DNA of 64,000 nucleotides from Azolla caroliniana (taxonomy: Eukaryota > Plantae > Polypodiophyta), in contig JBHGNT010000008.1 of NCBI GenBank assembly GCA_043228905.1, positions 2,976,001 to 3,040,000 on the forward strand, given 5' to 3'. The notes below the pieces were generated by a model that searched no databases, had not been told where the DNA came from, and saw nothing but the letters and a program-made list of their open reading frames with translations. Each line of letters begins with the position of its first letter. Position 1 is the stretch's first letter. Of this stretch, positions 30,802 to 43,740 are shown one piece after another. Both the position numbers and the translations under genes were made by a program.

Positions 30802-31966
30802 TAGCAATGGGCACGGTTCGGTTTCGGTTCAATTCGGTTTCTTGACATTGAAACCAAACGAAACCAAACCGGTGATTCATAATAAAAACCAAACCAAACC
30901 ATTTAAAAATTTTGAAGCCATTTAAACCAAACCGTTTAATAGGTAGGAGAAACCAAACCGTTTACGTAAAATGTAGAACCAAACTAAACCGGTTTATCAA
31001 AAATCAAAACCAAACCAGTTTATCATACATCATAACCAAACCAAATCAAAGACCAGAACACTATAAAATAAAAGAAATTTACAACACATTTTTTGAAAAT
31101 TGCTAATTTGTGAAAAATGATAAGATATAACATAAAAAGATAAATGTTTTTTGGAATGATAACAAAAATCCATACAATAGAGTTCAAACTTCAAATCTAT
31201 ATATGTTGAAATCCATATATGTAACTTAAGAACAACAATCCATATAATAGAGTTCTAAATCCATAGGACCATATATGTAAACTTAATCTAGCCTTTTGTT
31301 TCCAATGTTTGAATAAGGGATTCCTAAAAGTATAAAATACGCAAAAGACTTAAGTAATTCGTAATAACAAATCTAAAGCATCGAATAAAAAACAAAATAG
31401 TAATTAGTATGTAATAAAAATTACAATGACTTTGAAGATCTCCAATTGCAAACTCTATTGTCGTTAACTTGTCAAAAATCAACATGATTCCTGTACATAT
31501 AAAATACATAAAAACCAGTAAGTAATTATTAATAAAAATATTTTAAGTAAAGACTCAAATAAAAAACAACCAAGTAACAAGTATGCACACCTTAATTTTC
31601 CTTTGACTATCATGTAGTATGTAATCTATTACCTCGTCTTCAGCAACAAGATCATCCAAATTCATTGTTAGTTTTGCATAAGTGGTGTGAAAATTATGTA
31701 TCAACTGAACATTACATTCTTTTAAAACATCCATCCATGATGGAATGCACATTTCAGCTTTGAAAGTGCACGAATGTAGTTTGATCCTGTTATCAAAGGT
31801 CATTTTTGTTGCCGAATTAGCCTCTTCAACAGGTACTGATGATGCTAGTATAGTGAGGTAATCACATGCCATCCTATATAGTGAAGGCATTCCCAATTTA
31901 TTATCATTCCACCATTGTAAAGGATCCTTGTTCGTGCCAGCCGAAGGAAGTCTCATAAAGTGCTCA
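30802..31966 (-). mobile_element. Truncated hAT transposon: TIR, subterminal repeats and transposase C-terminus (31555-31966)
   Basis: TIR TAGCAATGGGCAC at 30802 with AAACCG repeats. The minus strand reads DPLQWWNDNKLGMPSLYRMACDYLTILASSVPVEEANS (hAT dimerisation domain). It is cut off at the start of block B. Confidence 0.85.
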
Positions 31967-32541
31967 GAAACCTTTCTATACATACATCTACAGAGACATG
32001 AAGGAGCCACAACAAGGAACGAAGCCATCGGTTCCTACATCTCAGGCCCACTCGGTTATGAATAGAGCCTATAGGAGGAAAGACTATGATTATATCTCAG
32101 GTTTTAATCTAACGACGCAATCGGGCCTAATGTCATCTAAAACAAATACTGATCACTTCCATCACATATTTGATAGAGAAAGCGATTCCTTATTCACAGA
32201 AAGCTCTCTTGAGTCAGGTACTATCCCTAGCTTTGCAAGCTCTACGAGCTTTGCCTCAGGAGAAAGCTATACAAAGAATTCTATGGAATATTTAGAAGCA
32301 AAGAATGATCATCATCGTTCTCCCTATCTTGTTAGCCCTTCAAATTCTATTCAAATGGATGGAAAACACCCTGAACTACATGTGGAATTGAAAGAAAAGT
32401 GTTTATATGCAAATGGATATATTCATTTAGAGGAGAGTACCATAGAAGGTGACGAAGTACACGTCGAGATGATAGAAAAGGCAAAACAAGAGAAAATGGA
32501 TGAAAAACATCGCGAACTACCTGTCGAGATGATAGAAAAGG

Positions 32542-32743
32542 TGTAGAGAAACAAAGACAAGGAGATAGAGAAAGAAAGAAGGATGAATTCTGTTATTTTT
32601 ATTTCCTGTTGCTCTTCTCTCCTCAATTAGAGAGAGGCGTGTGTTCTTTTCATATATGATACATGTGACTCTTCATATCAAGAGTGTAACTGTTTATTTT
32701 TAATTATTTTACAATTTTATTCTCTTCCTTATATTTTCCAACA
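32542..32743 (-). repeat. Copia 3' LTR
   Basis: Matches 43860-44060 with about 6-7 differences. Confidence 0.9.
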
Positions 32744-32763
32744 CTCCTCCCTAAGGAAAATAA

Positions 32764-33426
32764 TCAAAATTCTAAGCTTTTATATTCGGTTTTTGTATGA
32801 TTGAGTAGTTCAATGTTTTTGCAACATTGTAGATGTTTATGACTTGCTACTAGCTTTGTTAAGAAATCTGCCCACATCAAAGTTGATGGCATAAACTTTA
32901 TGTTGATCTTCTTTTCTTCAATCATGTCTCTTAAGAAATGGTGCTTGAAAGATATGTGACGTATATTGTCGCTAATTCTTGGGTTGCTTGCCAACTTCAA
33001 GCATGATTGATTGTCGTAGTAGATTTCTATTGGTTTTTCTTCAGCAAAATTTATTTCTTCTAATATGGCTTTTAGCCAAATTCCTTCTTTTGCAGCTAGG
33101 GTAGCGGCAACATATTCCGCTTTTGTCGAAGATAGTGAAACCGTAGTTTGTCCTTTTTTTTTACCTCCACGCAATCGCTCCTCTTGCAAAGGTGTAAACG
33201 TAGCCACTTTTGGGTTTTCGGTCATCCACATCTCCTCCCCAATCGGCGTCGGTCCATCCATGAAGCGCAGTTGAGGGGTTTGCCCATCCACACAATTTTG
33301 GTTGGATTGACTCCGAATGCATGGATTGAAAAGTAAGACACAAGTGTTTAGTATGTTTAAGATATCTAAGTATTCTCTTAAGTTCTTGCCAATGTTTGGG
33401 GCTAGGGTTCGTCATAAATCGTGATA
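32764..33426 (-). pseudogene. Copia RT end and RNase H (frameshifted)
   Basis: KRILRYLKHT...GWTDADWGGDVDDRK and QTTVSLSSTKAEYVAA...IYYDNQS...ADFLTK, in different frames. Confidence 0.85.
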
Positions 33427-33431
33427 GTAAT

Positions 33432-33886
33432 TATTATAGATCATAGCACTAATGTAAGCTTAAGATAAGGATAAAGAATTGAAAGATAGAAAGGAGAAAG
33501 AGAAAGAAGGGTGCCGATCCACCCGACCACCCCCGAGCGAAAGGATCGAGACGGACTCGAGCCTCGATCGGCGTCCCATACCACCGCCGTGGCGTCGAGT
33601 CGTACCTGGTGCTGGCGCGCTCGCTACAAGAGTTGACCCACCACACGAGCAGAGTCTCGATGTAGTCAAAAGATGATCAAATGAGGGTAGCTAGGCCTCT
33701 TATTTATAGCGATACCCAAGGCCCCCAGGCAAGTTCACACTTGACCTAATGGGTTGTCTCAATCCCGAGGATTAAAAGTAATCCTCCCCTTCTTCACACT
33801 CTCGTTTAACCCTCACACTTATCCACGTGTATAGAATACTACGGTAAATTCTTACCACGGGATATTATATGGTCATGCCCGTAACA
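33432..33886 (-). repeat. Gypsy 3' LTR
   Basis: Direct repeat of 39969-40423. Confidence 0.95.
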
Positions 33887-36800
33887 TACTCCCCCTCTTT
33901 AAAACATTGCACTCTTGCAATGGAAAGTTAGGGAAGTTAGTTCTAAGCGTATTTTCGCGTTCCCATGTGGCATCTTTTATTGATTTATCCATCCATTTTA
34001 TTTTAAATTCTCGGATTTCTTTAGTACGTAATTTTTTTGTTTTAACATCGAGAATTCTTTCTGGTACATGTGGTTTAGAAGATAATTCTTCAGAAGTAAC
34101 CAGAGTTTCAGTCGTAACTGTATTGTCGCCAGAACCTAGAAGTTCTTTTAGACGACTCACATGAAAGACTGGATGAATTCCAACACCATCGGGAAGAGCG
34201 AGACGATAGGCTGATGACCCAATGCGTTTGAGGACTGTAAAAGGTCCACAAAACCGTGGGGCTAACTTAGCGCACTTACCCGTAGACAATGTCTTAGAAT
34301 TGTGAGGTACACGTAAAAATACCTTCTGTCCAGGGTTGAATACACGAGGTTGCCTATGATGATCGGCATAAAAACGCGCTCTATCTTGAGCTGTTTTTAT
34401 ATTATCTCGTGCAATATGCAACATATCTTGCATATCCCGAAGAAAGTTTTGCGTACTTCGCAACTCATCATGATGTATAGTAACATCAATCGGGGCTCGT
34501 GGCTGAAAACCATACATCAACATAAAAGGACTATATCCCGTCGACGTATGCTTGGAGCTGTTATAAGCAAACTCCAAAATAGGGAGATAACGTTCCCATT
34601 TTGTTGGTTTTGCACCAACGTATGCTCGAAGCATGTCCTCAATAATTTGATTTAATCGTTCTGTCTGTCCATCGGATTGAGGATGATCCGTGGAGCTCAT
34701 GCTCAACGTAGTTTCTAACTTCTTAAAGACTTGCGTCCAGAAGTCACTAGTAAACTTTGGATCTCGATCACTCACGATATCCATCGGTAACCCATAAAAA
34801 CGAAACAATTCGTCAACAAATTGGTAAGCCAATTCAGGAGCTGTTACCGTGGTTTTAGTAGCAATAAATCTGGCCATTTTAGTTAGTCGATCAACGACAA
34901 CCCAGATGGCATCATGACCTTTTTGGGTGCGAGGAAGGCTAACAATAAAATCCATGGATATACTTTCCCACTTATTATTGGGAATGTCCAAGGGATGTAA
35001 AAGTCCTGCGGCTTTAAGTCGCTCGGCTTTGTTAACCTGACACTGGTGACATTTAGTCACATAGCTATGTATGTCAGGACGCATCTTAGGCCAATAAAAT
35101 TGAGTGGAGATGAGAACGAGTGTACGATGTATTCCAGGGTGCCCTGCTGAGGGTGCATCATGGCATTCAAAAAGAATCCTCTTTTTGACCTCGGGTAAAT
35201 CTGGAACACAAACCTTCCCATTACGGTAGAGCAAACCGTTAGCAATGTGGAAGTATTCCTTCGAGGATGTGGTGGTGTCTGTTCCAGACTCAACTCTTGC
35301 CCAGTATTTTGCGAAATAACTGTCATCAGGATACTTTCCTCGAAGGTGATCATAAAGATCTGATGATATTTCAGTGAAGCTAAGCGTGTTAACTTCACGG
35401 ATGCGACTTAGTGCATCAGCGACAGTGTTCATGGAACCTTTACGATATCGTATGGAAAAATCAAAGTCCTGGATGAGATCAGCCCATCGTGCCTTACGAC
35501 CTTTCAGGTCTTGTTGGACACAAAAATATTTCAAGGACTCGTGGTCCGTAGTTACCACAAAGTGATTTCCATAAAGATAATGGCGCCATGTTTTGAGCGC
35601 ATGTATAACTGCAAATAATTCCTTTTCTTGAACGGTATACCGACATTGAGCAGAATCAAGTTTCTTACTCTCAAATGCTATTGGTTTACCATCTTGATAC
35701 AAGACAGCACCTATAGCATAATCGCTTGCATCGGTTTCAACCTCAAAAGGTTTTGAAGGATCAGGTAAAAGAAGTGAAGGAGCCTTGTAAACTAGGTCCT
35801 TGAGTTCCTCAAATGCAAGGTCTAGTGTAGCATTCCACACAATAGGTTTTGTAGACTTACGCGTTTGACCTTTTAAAAGATCAGTAAACGGCGTCGTCAA
35901 TTGGGAGTAATTACGAAGAGACTTTCGCAAAAACCCCACAAAACCAAGGAATGATCGAACTTCTCGAATATTCCGAAGAGTGGGCCAAAGCTTGATTTTC
36001 TCAATGCGAGAAGGATCAATTTCAACTCCTCGTTCGGTTATGAGATGTCCTAGATAAGTAATTGATTTCTTGAAGAACTCACATTTTGAGATCTTCGCAT
36101 AAAACTGTTTGTCACGCAATGTTTGTAAAACAAAGCGGACATGTCTAGCATGTTCTTGTAATGTACGGCTATAAACTAAAATATCATCCAGGAAAATAAC
36201 GACAAATTTTCCAAGTTGTTCTCGGAAAATGTCATCCATTTCTTGTTGAAAAGTAGCCGGAGCATTGGTCAAACCAAAAGGCATAACCAAAAACTCGTAA
36301 TGGCCATAGCGCGTACGAAATGCCGTTTTAGGAACATCGTCCTCACTTATTCGTATTTGATGGTAGCCAGTACGGAGATCAAGTTTCGTAAAATACCGAG
36401 CTCCCTGGAGACGGTCAATTAGATCGTCAGCCCGGGGCAATGGATACGAATTCTTGATCGTCACTTTATTCAAGCGTCGGTAATTAATACACATACGCCA
36501 TGTGCCCTCTTTCTTTTTAACCAAGAGAACTGGTGCACCCCATGGAGATTTACTATAACGTATATAACCCATTCGTAAATAGTCCTTGAGTTGCTTAGAT
36601 ACCTCATCTTCTTCGGATCGACTTAAGCGATACGGAGGTATACTTATTGGTGCAACACCAGGTACAATATCTATACGATGGTCTATATTACGTTTAGGAG
36701 GTAACCCATCAGGTAGTTCACTTGGAAAAACATCATGAAAATCATTTAAGATTTCATCAAGTTGTTGTTGTTCAAAATATGTTAATTGAATCGGGACATT

Positions 36801-38306
36801 ATCGATATTGTAAACGTGAATGTCCGGATCAAGTACACAATAAAATAACGTAGAACAAGACAACTCGGATATTGATGGACACGAGGAAACAATCGAGAGG
36901 GATTGTTTTTTTACACATTGAATAAAATGCGTACAATCGTTCAGTACAAAAGAAATGGAATGACGAACCCAATCAATAAATAAAGAAGAGTTTTTATTAT
37001 AAAACCAGGGATAACCCAGTATTACATCGGTGGTACAAAGATTCATTACATGGAAGTCTACTTCCTCTATATAAGTATCAATAGAAATTCCTAATGAATG
37101 AATCGCCCCGTTGATGTATTGTACTCTTCCATCAGCCAAGTGCACCGTGTAGGTGTGATCACTTACGGTGGGTTGGATTCCCCATATCTGAACCAAACGA
37201 TCATTCACAAAATTGTGTGAGCTTCCCGAATCAAATAAAAACTGTACGGGAGATCCATTGATATACCCGTTTGCACCTAGTAAATCATTGGGACCCAATA
37301 CATAGTGAGGGAAAGAACATTGACAATTACTTAAATGATGTGTATAGACCTGAAGGACATTAGGAATCTGACCTTTATGGTCTGCAGCTTTAGCTTTGTT
37401 GTCGTGCTCTTTCCGTTGGAGCTTTCGACATTGATCTTTTGTATGACCCTTCTTTTTGCAGAATACACAAAAAGGATGTTGTCGCTTACAATCGCGATCC
37501 AGGAATTCGTTGGGTGTCTTGCGTTTCCCAACAAATTGTGACTGCTTAGTCCCGGGCGCTTCGTTGGGTTTGTTATGGTCCTTCTTCGAAGTGCGTTGAT
37601 AGCGAAGAACTATTTCAACGGCCTCTTCGAAGGATTTTGGATCCTTATCGTGCACTATCCAGTGATAGTCCGAATTGGGGATGCCATTGACAAAACAAGC
37701 TATCAACCAATTGTCCCCTTCTAGACCCCATTTTTGGATTTGGGTTCTAGCATGGTGAACATAGTCTTCTAGCGAGGAAAATTTCCTGCTAGAGAGGTTC
37801 ATTAAAGCTTGTGCTGCCTCGGTTCGAGAGGGAGGTTGCAGAAATTGGCCCTTAAAAACCGTGACAAAATCTGTCCAGGTATCGGGCAATTTCCCCATAG
37901 TACGGAGGCCACGCCACCAGGCGGCGGCCTTACCCCCTAGTTCTCGACCGACATATGCAATCTTCGTACTATCTGGCGTGGGATAGAGCTCAAAATGAGA
38001 CTCCCATCGTCCCAGCCATGTGCAGATTGCTTCTTCGGTTCTTTCCTTTTTGTCTCCCGTAAATGGCTTAACGACAAATGATGGTTCACCTTGTCGCTCA
38101 TCAGGTCTATTAGTCTCTCGTTGTAGACTAATGACACGTGCCTCAAGAGCACTCTGAGATTGCCGAAGTTCGGTCATCTGTTGAGCGGTGAAACTAAGGT
38201 ATTGGGTTATTTGTGCCAAATACATCTCAGTGGACATTTGTCCAGGAGGATTCCCTTGAGTTCCTTCCGCTTGAGCGGATGACATCGGGTCGTTAATTTG
38301 AGCCAT
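33873..38306 (-). CDS. Gypsy Gag-Pol polyprotein (1477 aa): Gag, CCHC knuckle, protease, RT, RNase H, integrase, chromodomain
   Basis: [14 protein letters not shown]; [10 protein letters not shown]; [27 protein letters not shown]; [10 protein letters not shown]; [15 protein letters not shown]; SMDFI..VSDRD..DGQTER; [18 protein letters not shown]. Confidence 0.95.
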   Translation of the reverse strand: MAQINDPMSSAQAEGTQGNPPGQMSTEMYLAQITQYLSFTAQQMTELRQSQSALEARVISLQRETNRPDERQGEPSFVVKPFTGDKKERTEEAICTWLGRWESHFELYPTPDSTKIAYVGRELGGKAAAWWRGLRTMGKLPDTWTDFVTVFKGQFLQPPSRTEAAQALMNLSSRKFSSLEDYVHHARTQIQKWGLEGDNWLIACFVNGIPNSDYHWIVHDKDPKSFEEAVEIVLRYQRTSKKDHNKPNEAPGTKQSQFVGKRKTPNEFLDRDCKRQHPFCVFCKKKGHTKDQCRKLQRKEHDNKAKAADHKGQIPNVLQVYTHHLSNCQCSFPHYVLGPNDLLGANGYINGSPVQFLFDSGSSHNFVNDRLVQIWGIQPTVSDHTYTVHLADGRVQYINGAIHSLGISIDTYIEEVDFHVMNLCTTDVILGYPWFYNKNSSLFIDWVRHSISFVLNDCTHFIQCVKKQSLSIVSSCPSISELSCSTLFYCVLDPDIHVYNIDNVPIQLTYFEQQQLDEILNDFHDVFPSELPDGLPPKRNIDHRIDIVPGVAPISIPPYRLSRSEEDEVSKQLKDYLRMGYIRYSKSPWGAPVLLVKKKEGTWRMCINYRRLNKVTIKNSYPLPRADDLIDRLQGARYFTKLDLRTGYHQIRISEDDVPKTAFRTRYGHYEFLVMPFGLTNAPATFQQEMDDIFREQLGKFVVIFLDDILVYSRTLQEHARHVRFVLQTLRDKQFYAKISKCEFFKKSITYLGHLITERGVEIDPSRIEKIKLWPTLRNIREVRSFLGFVGFLRKSLRNYSQLTTPFTDLLKGQTRKSTKPIVWNATLDLAFEELKDLVYKAPSLLLPDPSKPFEVETDASDYAIGAVLYQDGKPIAFESKKLDSAQCRYTVQEKELFAVIHALKTWRHYLYGNHFVVTTDHESLKYFCVQQDLKGRKARWADLIQDFDFSIRYRKGSMNTVADALSRIREVNTLSFTEISSDLYDHLRGKYPDDSYFAKYWARVESGTDTTTSSKEYFHIANGLLYRNGKVCVPDLPEVKKRILFECHDAPSAGHPGIHRTLVLISTQFYWPKMRPDIHSYVTKCHQCQVNKAERLKAAGLLHPLDIPNNKWESISMDFIVSLPRTQKGHDAIWVVVDRLTKMARFIATKTTVTAPELAYQFVDELFRFYGLPMDIVSDRDPKFTSDFWTQVFKKLETTLSMSSTDHPQSDGQTERLNQIIEDMLRAYVGAKPTKWERYLPILEFAYNSSKHTSTGYSPFMLMYGFQPRAPIDVTIHHDELRSTQNFLRDMQDMLHIARDNIKTAQDRARFYADHHRQPRVFNPGQKVFLRVPHNSKTLSTGKCAKLAPRFCGPFTVLKRIGSSAYRLALPDGVGIHPVFHVSRLKELLGSGDNTVTTETLVTSEELSSKPHVPERILDVKTKKLRTKEIREFKIKWMDKSIKDATWERENTLRTNFPNFPLQECNVLKRGSMLRA

Positions 38307-39454
38307 TAAAGATTATTTCTGGAAAAGAAATAGGATAAGGTCAGAGATATAGTCATAACATCATGTCGTGATGTAAACATATCATGGGCGAGCATTAATC
38401 GATATCATTATCTCACGTCAATACCCCTCTAGACGTATGAGATGAGGTTCAAGATCAGGTTACTATGGTAACACAAAGGTGTTTTAAAAACCATGGGGGT
38501 GACAAATAAATGTCTTTCCCTGATCTCTATATCAATTTTTTCATGGTGGCTCCCCGAGGCTCAACCATGTATGTTCGCGTCATGAATAGTTTATACACGA
38601 AAAAAAATGTTAATAATAAACTATGTTTCGGTGCCCACATATGTGGTTTCGGCTCTTTAAGTCCTATTACGAGGACCCCGAGGTGCACTTAGACCTTAAG
38701 TCTAAACATGTGTTATAGTCATATGTATCAAGGATGTTGTATGGTCTTGGTCATATTTGAACTCGAGACCTCGAGAACAAATACATTAAACACTTGAGCC
38801 AACCAAGTAAGTTGCTCTTCTCGAATGCTTAATGTTTGATGCGTATAAGAGATATGCGAGGCAATTGATCATATATGTTTTTTTTAAAAGAACATATATG
38901 TCAAGGTCCTTATTTCGCCCTCATTTACCAAAACTATGTTGGTACGTTACCTAACCTCAAGTCTCGTAATTACGATGGCATATGCTAAAGGGCAACCTAA
39001 TGGTCAAGCCAAATGAGCCCTCGTTTCGTAGTAGGCTCACGTGGGCCATCACATGGTCACGTCATTACGAATGCCTCTCGTAAGAACGAGCTCATGGTGG
39101 CATCGTATCCATGTAACGAGGGAGGGATGTTGGATACGTGCGTCATTGGAGCGACCTCACTTGAAGTGGGTCAAGCCCTACGTACTCAACATCATTTTGG
39201 CTATTCGCGTTTCTTTACGTAACGAAATCGAGGTCGTCAACGGGGTTATCAACAATAAAAAAATGTTGAAAAAGGGATGGTGACAACGCCATTCTCACAA
39301 AAATGTGAGGACGGCCACCAACATCCTTTTCCCGACAAGGACAACTTTCGATATAATCACGTAATAACGAATATACACATATGTTTACTTATCACATATA
39401 TACGATCAAATACGTATATATGTTTTTATATTAAATAGCCACAAATGATGTGAT

Positions 39455-39725
39455 CGAGATACGTAATCGAGGTATATACCTCTACGCACACGAAACATCC
39501 ACAAATAAGAGATCATCGTAATACGCAATGGAGGTATTGACCTCTTACGCATACGAGACCAAACGCATATCGTTTACAACAAATCAAGGTATTAAACTCA
39601 TACGCAAACGTAACATATGTTCGTGAACGTAATACGTAATTGAGGTATTAACCTCGTACGTATACGACACTCATCACATATTATTAACATGTCAAACGAG
39701 GTATTGACCCCGTGCACATATGTAA
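39455..39725 (-). promoter_or_regulatory. Array of five GAGGT-N4-ACCTC-type hairpins in the Gypsy 5' leader (putative cis-acting RNA element)
   Basis: Cores at 39469, 39531, 39586, 39642 and 39698, with complementary flanks. Function is inferred only. Confidence 0.55.
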
Positions 39726-39968
39726 ACGTTTTAGATAATCAATTAAAGACCACTACAACATCATTGATTTAATGAAAAAAATTACATATAAACTAAACAC
39801 ATGATTAGATGGGAGAAGAGAGAATAGAAAGAAAAAATATGGAAAGAGTTACCGAAGTTCTTTGTTGATCGTTGTCTGGATCAAGGCCAACCGCACAACG
39901 ATCGATCAGCATCAATCAAAAGACAAATGAAAAACAAAGAAACATTAGTACAAAAATCTGATACCAAA

Positions 39969-40423
39969 TATTATAGATCATAGCACTAATGTAAGCTTAA
40001 GATAAGGATAAAGAATTGAAAGATAGAAAGGAGAAAGAGAAAGAAGGGTGCCGATCCACCCGACCACCCCCGAGCGAAGGGATCGAGACGGACTCGAGCC
40101 TCGATCGGCGTCCCATACCACCGCCGTGGCGTCGAGTCGTACCTGGTGCTGGCGCGCTCGCTACAAGAGTTGACCCACCACACGAGCAGAGTCTCGATGT
40201 AGTCAAAAGATGATCAAATGAGGGTAGCTAGGCCTCTTATTTATAGCGATACCCAAGGCCCCCAGGCAAGTTCACACTTGACCTAATGGGTTGTCTCAAT
40301 CCCGAGGATTAAAAGTAATCCTCCCCTTCTTCACACTCTCGTTTAACCCTCACACTTATCCACGTGTATAGAATACTACGGTAAATTCTTACCACGGGAT
40401 ATTGTATGGTCATGCCCGTAACA
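39969..40423 (-). repeat. Gypsy 5' LTR
   Basis: Adjacent to the PBS; contains TATAAATA on the element strand. Confidence 0.95.
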
Positions 40424-41303
40424 GTAATCCTGTACTAAAGCATAAATCTGGTCTCGTGCTACTAACTAGATATCGTATGGAGCCTATTACTTGTCTATAG
40501 GGAATGTTTTCCATTTCAGTTTCTTCTATGAGTGATTTTGGACTATCTTCAATGGATAACTTAACTGTGGTAGGAAGTGGGGTAGATATGGGTTTGCAGT
40601 GGTCCATGTTAAACCATTTTAGAATATTATCAATGTATCGAGATTGTGAGAGTGAGATTTGTCCTAGACTTGTATTTCTTTTTACTTCTATTCCTAGAAA
40701 ATGGGTCATGGGTCCAAGATCGGTGATAGGAGAAACTAATTTCAACTCTTGTTTACAAAAATTTAAATAAGATAGAGAATTTGATAATAAGGGAAAATCA
40801 TCCACATATACTCCTAATATGATGGAGTTGGATGCCGATTTTCTAAGATAGATGTTAGGTTCACTTTTAAGTCTACTATAGCCACATTTTATTAAGAAAG
40901 TATGGAGACGATAATAGCAAGCTCGAGGTGATTGTCTTAGGCCGTAGATAGACTTCCGGAGTTTGCAGACGTGTGTTGGAAATTGTGTGTTTTGAAAATA
41001 GGGGGGTTGCGCCATATAGACTTCTTCTTCGAGGTCACCATGTAAAAACGCGGTTTGAACATCCAAGTGATGAAGCTCAAGCTTTTGAGCCGCAACGATG
41101 GCCACAAGTAGTCGAAAAGATGTTATTCGTAGTGTAGGACTAAAAGTATCTGTGAAGTCTATTCCGGATACTTGTGTGAAACCTCGAGCAACTAATCTTG
41201 CTTTGAAACGAACAGGTTGTCCTTGAGGGTCATACTTTATTCGGAGTATCCACTTGCAAGTGATGATCTTACGGTCGGTGGGGGTTTTGTCACTAGGTCC
41301 CAT
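40424..41303 (-). pseudogene. Copia reverse transcriptase, interrupted by the Gypsy
   Basis: FKARLVARGFTQ, LHHLDVQTAFLHG, IYGLRQS, VYVDD, TRPDL. Confidence 0.9.
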
Positions 41304-41411
41304 GTTTTATTTTTGGTGAGCCGTGGTGCGGATCATGTAAGGAGTGTTCGTCAAGTTGTAGTGGCCAGGAAGTGACATTACCTTGATGGTGTTTATCTGT
41401 TTCTATGTTTG

Positions 41412-43740
41412 TTAAAGAATTGGTGGGACTCTTATGTTTTTGAAGAATATTATCTTCATCAAATAGGACACTTCTACTGAAAAAAAAAGTGTTTGTGTCG
41501 GGGTTATATAGGTGATAGGCTTTATAACCGTGGGCATCCCCATAGCCGACAAAGATTGCTTTCTTGGCTTTTGTGTCAAGTTTCTTTCTTTTGGTGTCTG
41601 GTATGTGAGCAAATGCAGGACAACCGAATATTTTCAGATTTTGGAGGTGTGGTTTATGTCCATACCAGAGTTCAAATGGAGTGAGGAAGCCTAGTGAGTG
41701 ATGGTAGACTCGATTTTGGATATAGCAAGTTGTCGCAATAGCTTATTCCCAAAATTTCGATTCTAGTTTTGCAACATGTAGCATGCTGCGAGCAGCATTT
41801 AACAAGCTTCTATTTTATCTTTCTGAAGTGCCGTTTTGTTGAGGTGTGTGTGGAACGGACCTCCGATGGTGGATTCCTTGTGATTGGCAGAAATTTATGA
41901 ATTCCTTTGAGTGATATTCCCCTCCACCATCAGTTTGTAGGGATTTTAGTTTGTGGTTAGTTAGATTTTCAGCGAGGTGAAGGTAATTTTTGAATGCAGA
42001 TAGAGCTTGATTTTTTGTTTTTAAGAAAGTAATAACGGTGAATTTACTATAATCGTCGATAAAGCTTATGAAGTATATTGATCCACTAATTGATTTTGTA
42101 GGAAAAGGGCCGCAGAGATCACTATGGACAAGTTGTAGGGGTTGACTACTTGTGGTTTGTCGGCGTGGAAAAGGATGTTGGGGCATTTTTCCAAGAATGC
42201 ACCCTTCACAGATTTTCAGGCTTGTGAGGTGGGCTTTTGGAAGGCCTAGTGCCATATTATGAAATTGCATATTTTTTATGGCTTGTAGATGAGTGTGTGC
42301 GAGTCGATGGTGCCACAGATTTGTTAAGGTAGATTGTTCATTTGTTGATGTATAGTGTGCTTCTAAAGTGATGGTTGTGGGTGTGCATGGGATGCGATAG
42401 AGTCCGTCGTCTAGATGTTTACAGATGTATTTGGTTATCTGTCCATCCGGGGTTTTATGCTTAATTTGTGCATATGTTTCTTCAAACTTTATGGAGGTGC
42501 CATTTTTGGTTGCTTGACAGACGGATAGTAGGTTTTTTGTGATTCCAGGGACAAAATAAACATTGTCTACTATAAGAACTTGGTTGTTTTCTAGGAAGAG
42601 GTTTATGTCCCCTTTTCCTAAAGCATTTAGCCTACCATTATTACCAAACACGACAGGGATTGGTAATGGTAAGGGGTTATAATTTTTTATGGATTGTCTA
42701 TTATTTGTCATGTGATGAGTGGCACCAATATCAAAGTACCAGGTGTTGTCAGATTTTTGTTGTGTGTTGATTCCTGCTGTTAAGGCTTCGGCAAGGAATG
42801 CTTGCATGAGGTCATCATAAGAGTCGTCAATTTTTTCATTGTTTATTTCAGTTGGGTATGATTCATCTTCTGAAATTTCTTCAGCTAAGTGGGCTTCTAC
42901 TCGAGATCTAGATCTTTGATATGGTTGTTTAATTTTGGTTTGTCTAAACCTACATTGATTGTTTGTATGTCCAGATTTCTTGCAGATGGTGCAGAAAATT
43001 TGTGAAAACCTAAGACCTCCGGTTTGTGATCTAAAATTTTCTGGGTAATATCTGGGCTTGTATTCCGTTCTTTGATTTTGAGGGGGTTGTTTGCTACGGT
43101 ATGCTACCATTGCTAATGTGTGTTGTGTTTGTTCCGGTCGACGTGCCTTTTTCATTGCCTCTTCTTGCCTTATACAATTTATGAGGTCAATGAGAGTTGT
43201 GTTTGTGTTGAAATTTTGGGTGGTGACGAAAGTGCTCCATGATGGTGGCAGTGCACCTAATAGGAGAAGTCTTTGCAATTTTGATTCTATTTCAACTCCT
43301 GACGTAAGACAGTTATCTAGTTTGCGTTTCCATGAGTTTATAAATGCACACATATCCTCCTCTTCTTGCATTTTTAAAATTACTAATGAGTTTAGAGTCA
43401 TGACCTAATTTCCGTCTGTGGTTGGTTTGAATTCGTTTTTCAAGTCGATCCACATCGTGTTTGCAATGCAACAATTTCTAATCGTGTCGGCTTGCTGGTC
43501 CTCCAGATTCGACATAATTTCTAGCTTTGCTACTAGATCTTTTTCTTCCCATGCAGCATAGTTCGGGTCTGACGTTGTGGGTTGTGTCTCTCTACCCTCA
43601 ACAACTGCCCATAATTTTAGTTGTTTGAATATGAGGGTCATTTTGCTGCTCCAAACTCTGTAGTTGGTGCTATTCAATTTGCTAATTGTTGTTTTTCTAT
43701 ACAGGAGATTTTGGGATGATGAAGGGGTTGCCTGAGCCAT
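41412..43740 (-). pseudogene. Copia gag-protease-integrase, with in-frame stops at 43405-43407 and 41815-41817
   Basis: KLNSTNYRVW; CTICKKSGHTNNQC; WYFDIGATHHM (catalytic DS/TG altered); LWHHRLAH; HSDLCGP..FIDDYSK..TDGGGEY..PQQNGTSER*. Confidence 0.9.

Larger units (their letters stand above)
33432..40423 (-). mobile_element. Young Ty3/gypsy chromovirus LTR retrotransposon with complete structure, nested in the Copia RT
   Basis: 455-bp LTRs at 33432-33886 and 39969-40423 (2 differences seen); TSD GTAAT at 33427-33431 and 40424-40428; PBS TGGTATCAGA at 39957-39966; PPT AAAGAGGGGGAGTA at 33887-33900. Confidence 0.96.

Noticed and set aside
33449-33676. Small ORFs duplicated at 39986-40213
   Set aside because: They lie inside the GC-rich LTRs; their identity reflects LTR duplication, not coding.
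43402-43407. Programmed stop read-through in Copia gag
   Set aside because: The TAG lies in the middle of gag and fits a CAG>TAG mutation; the element has several other disabling lesions.
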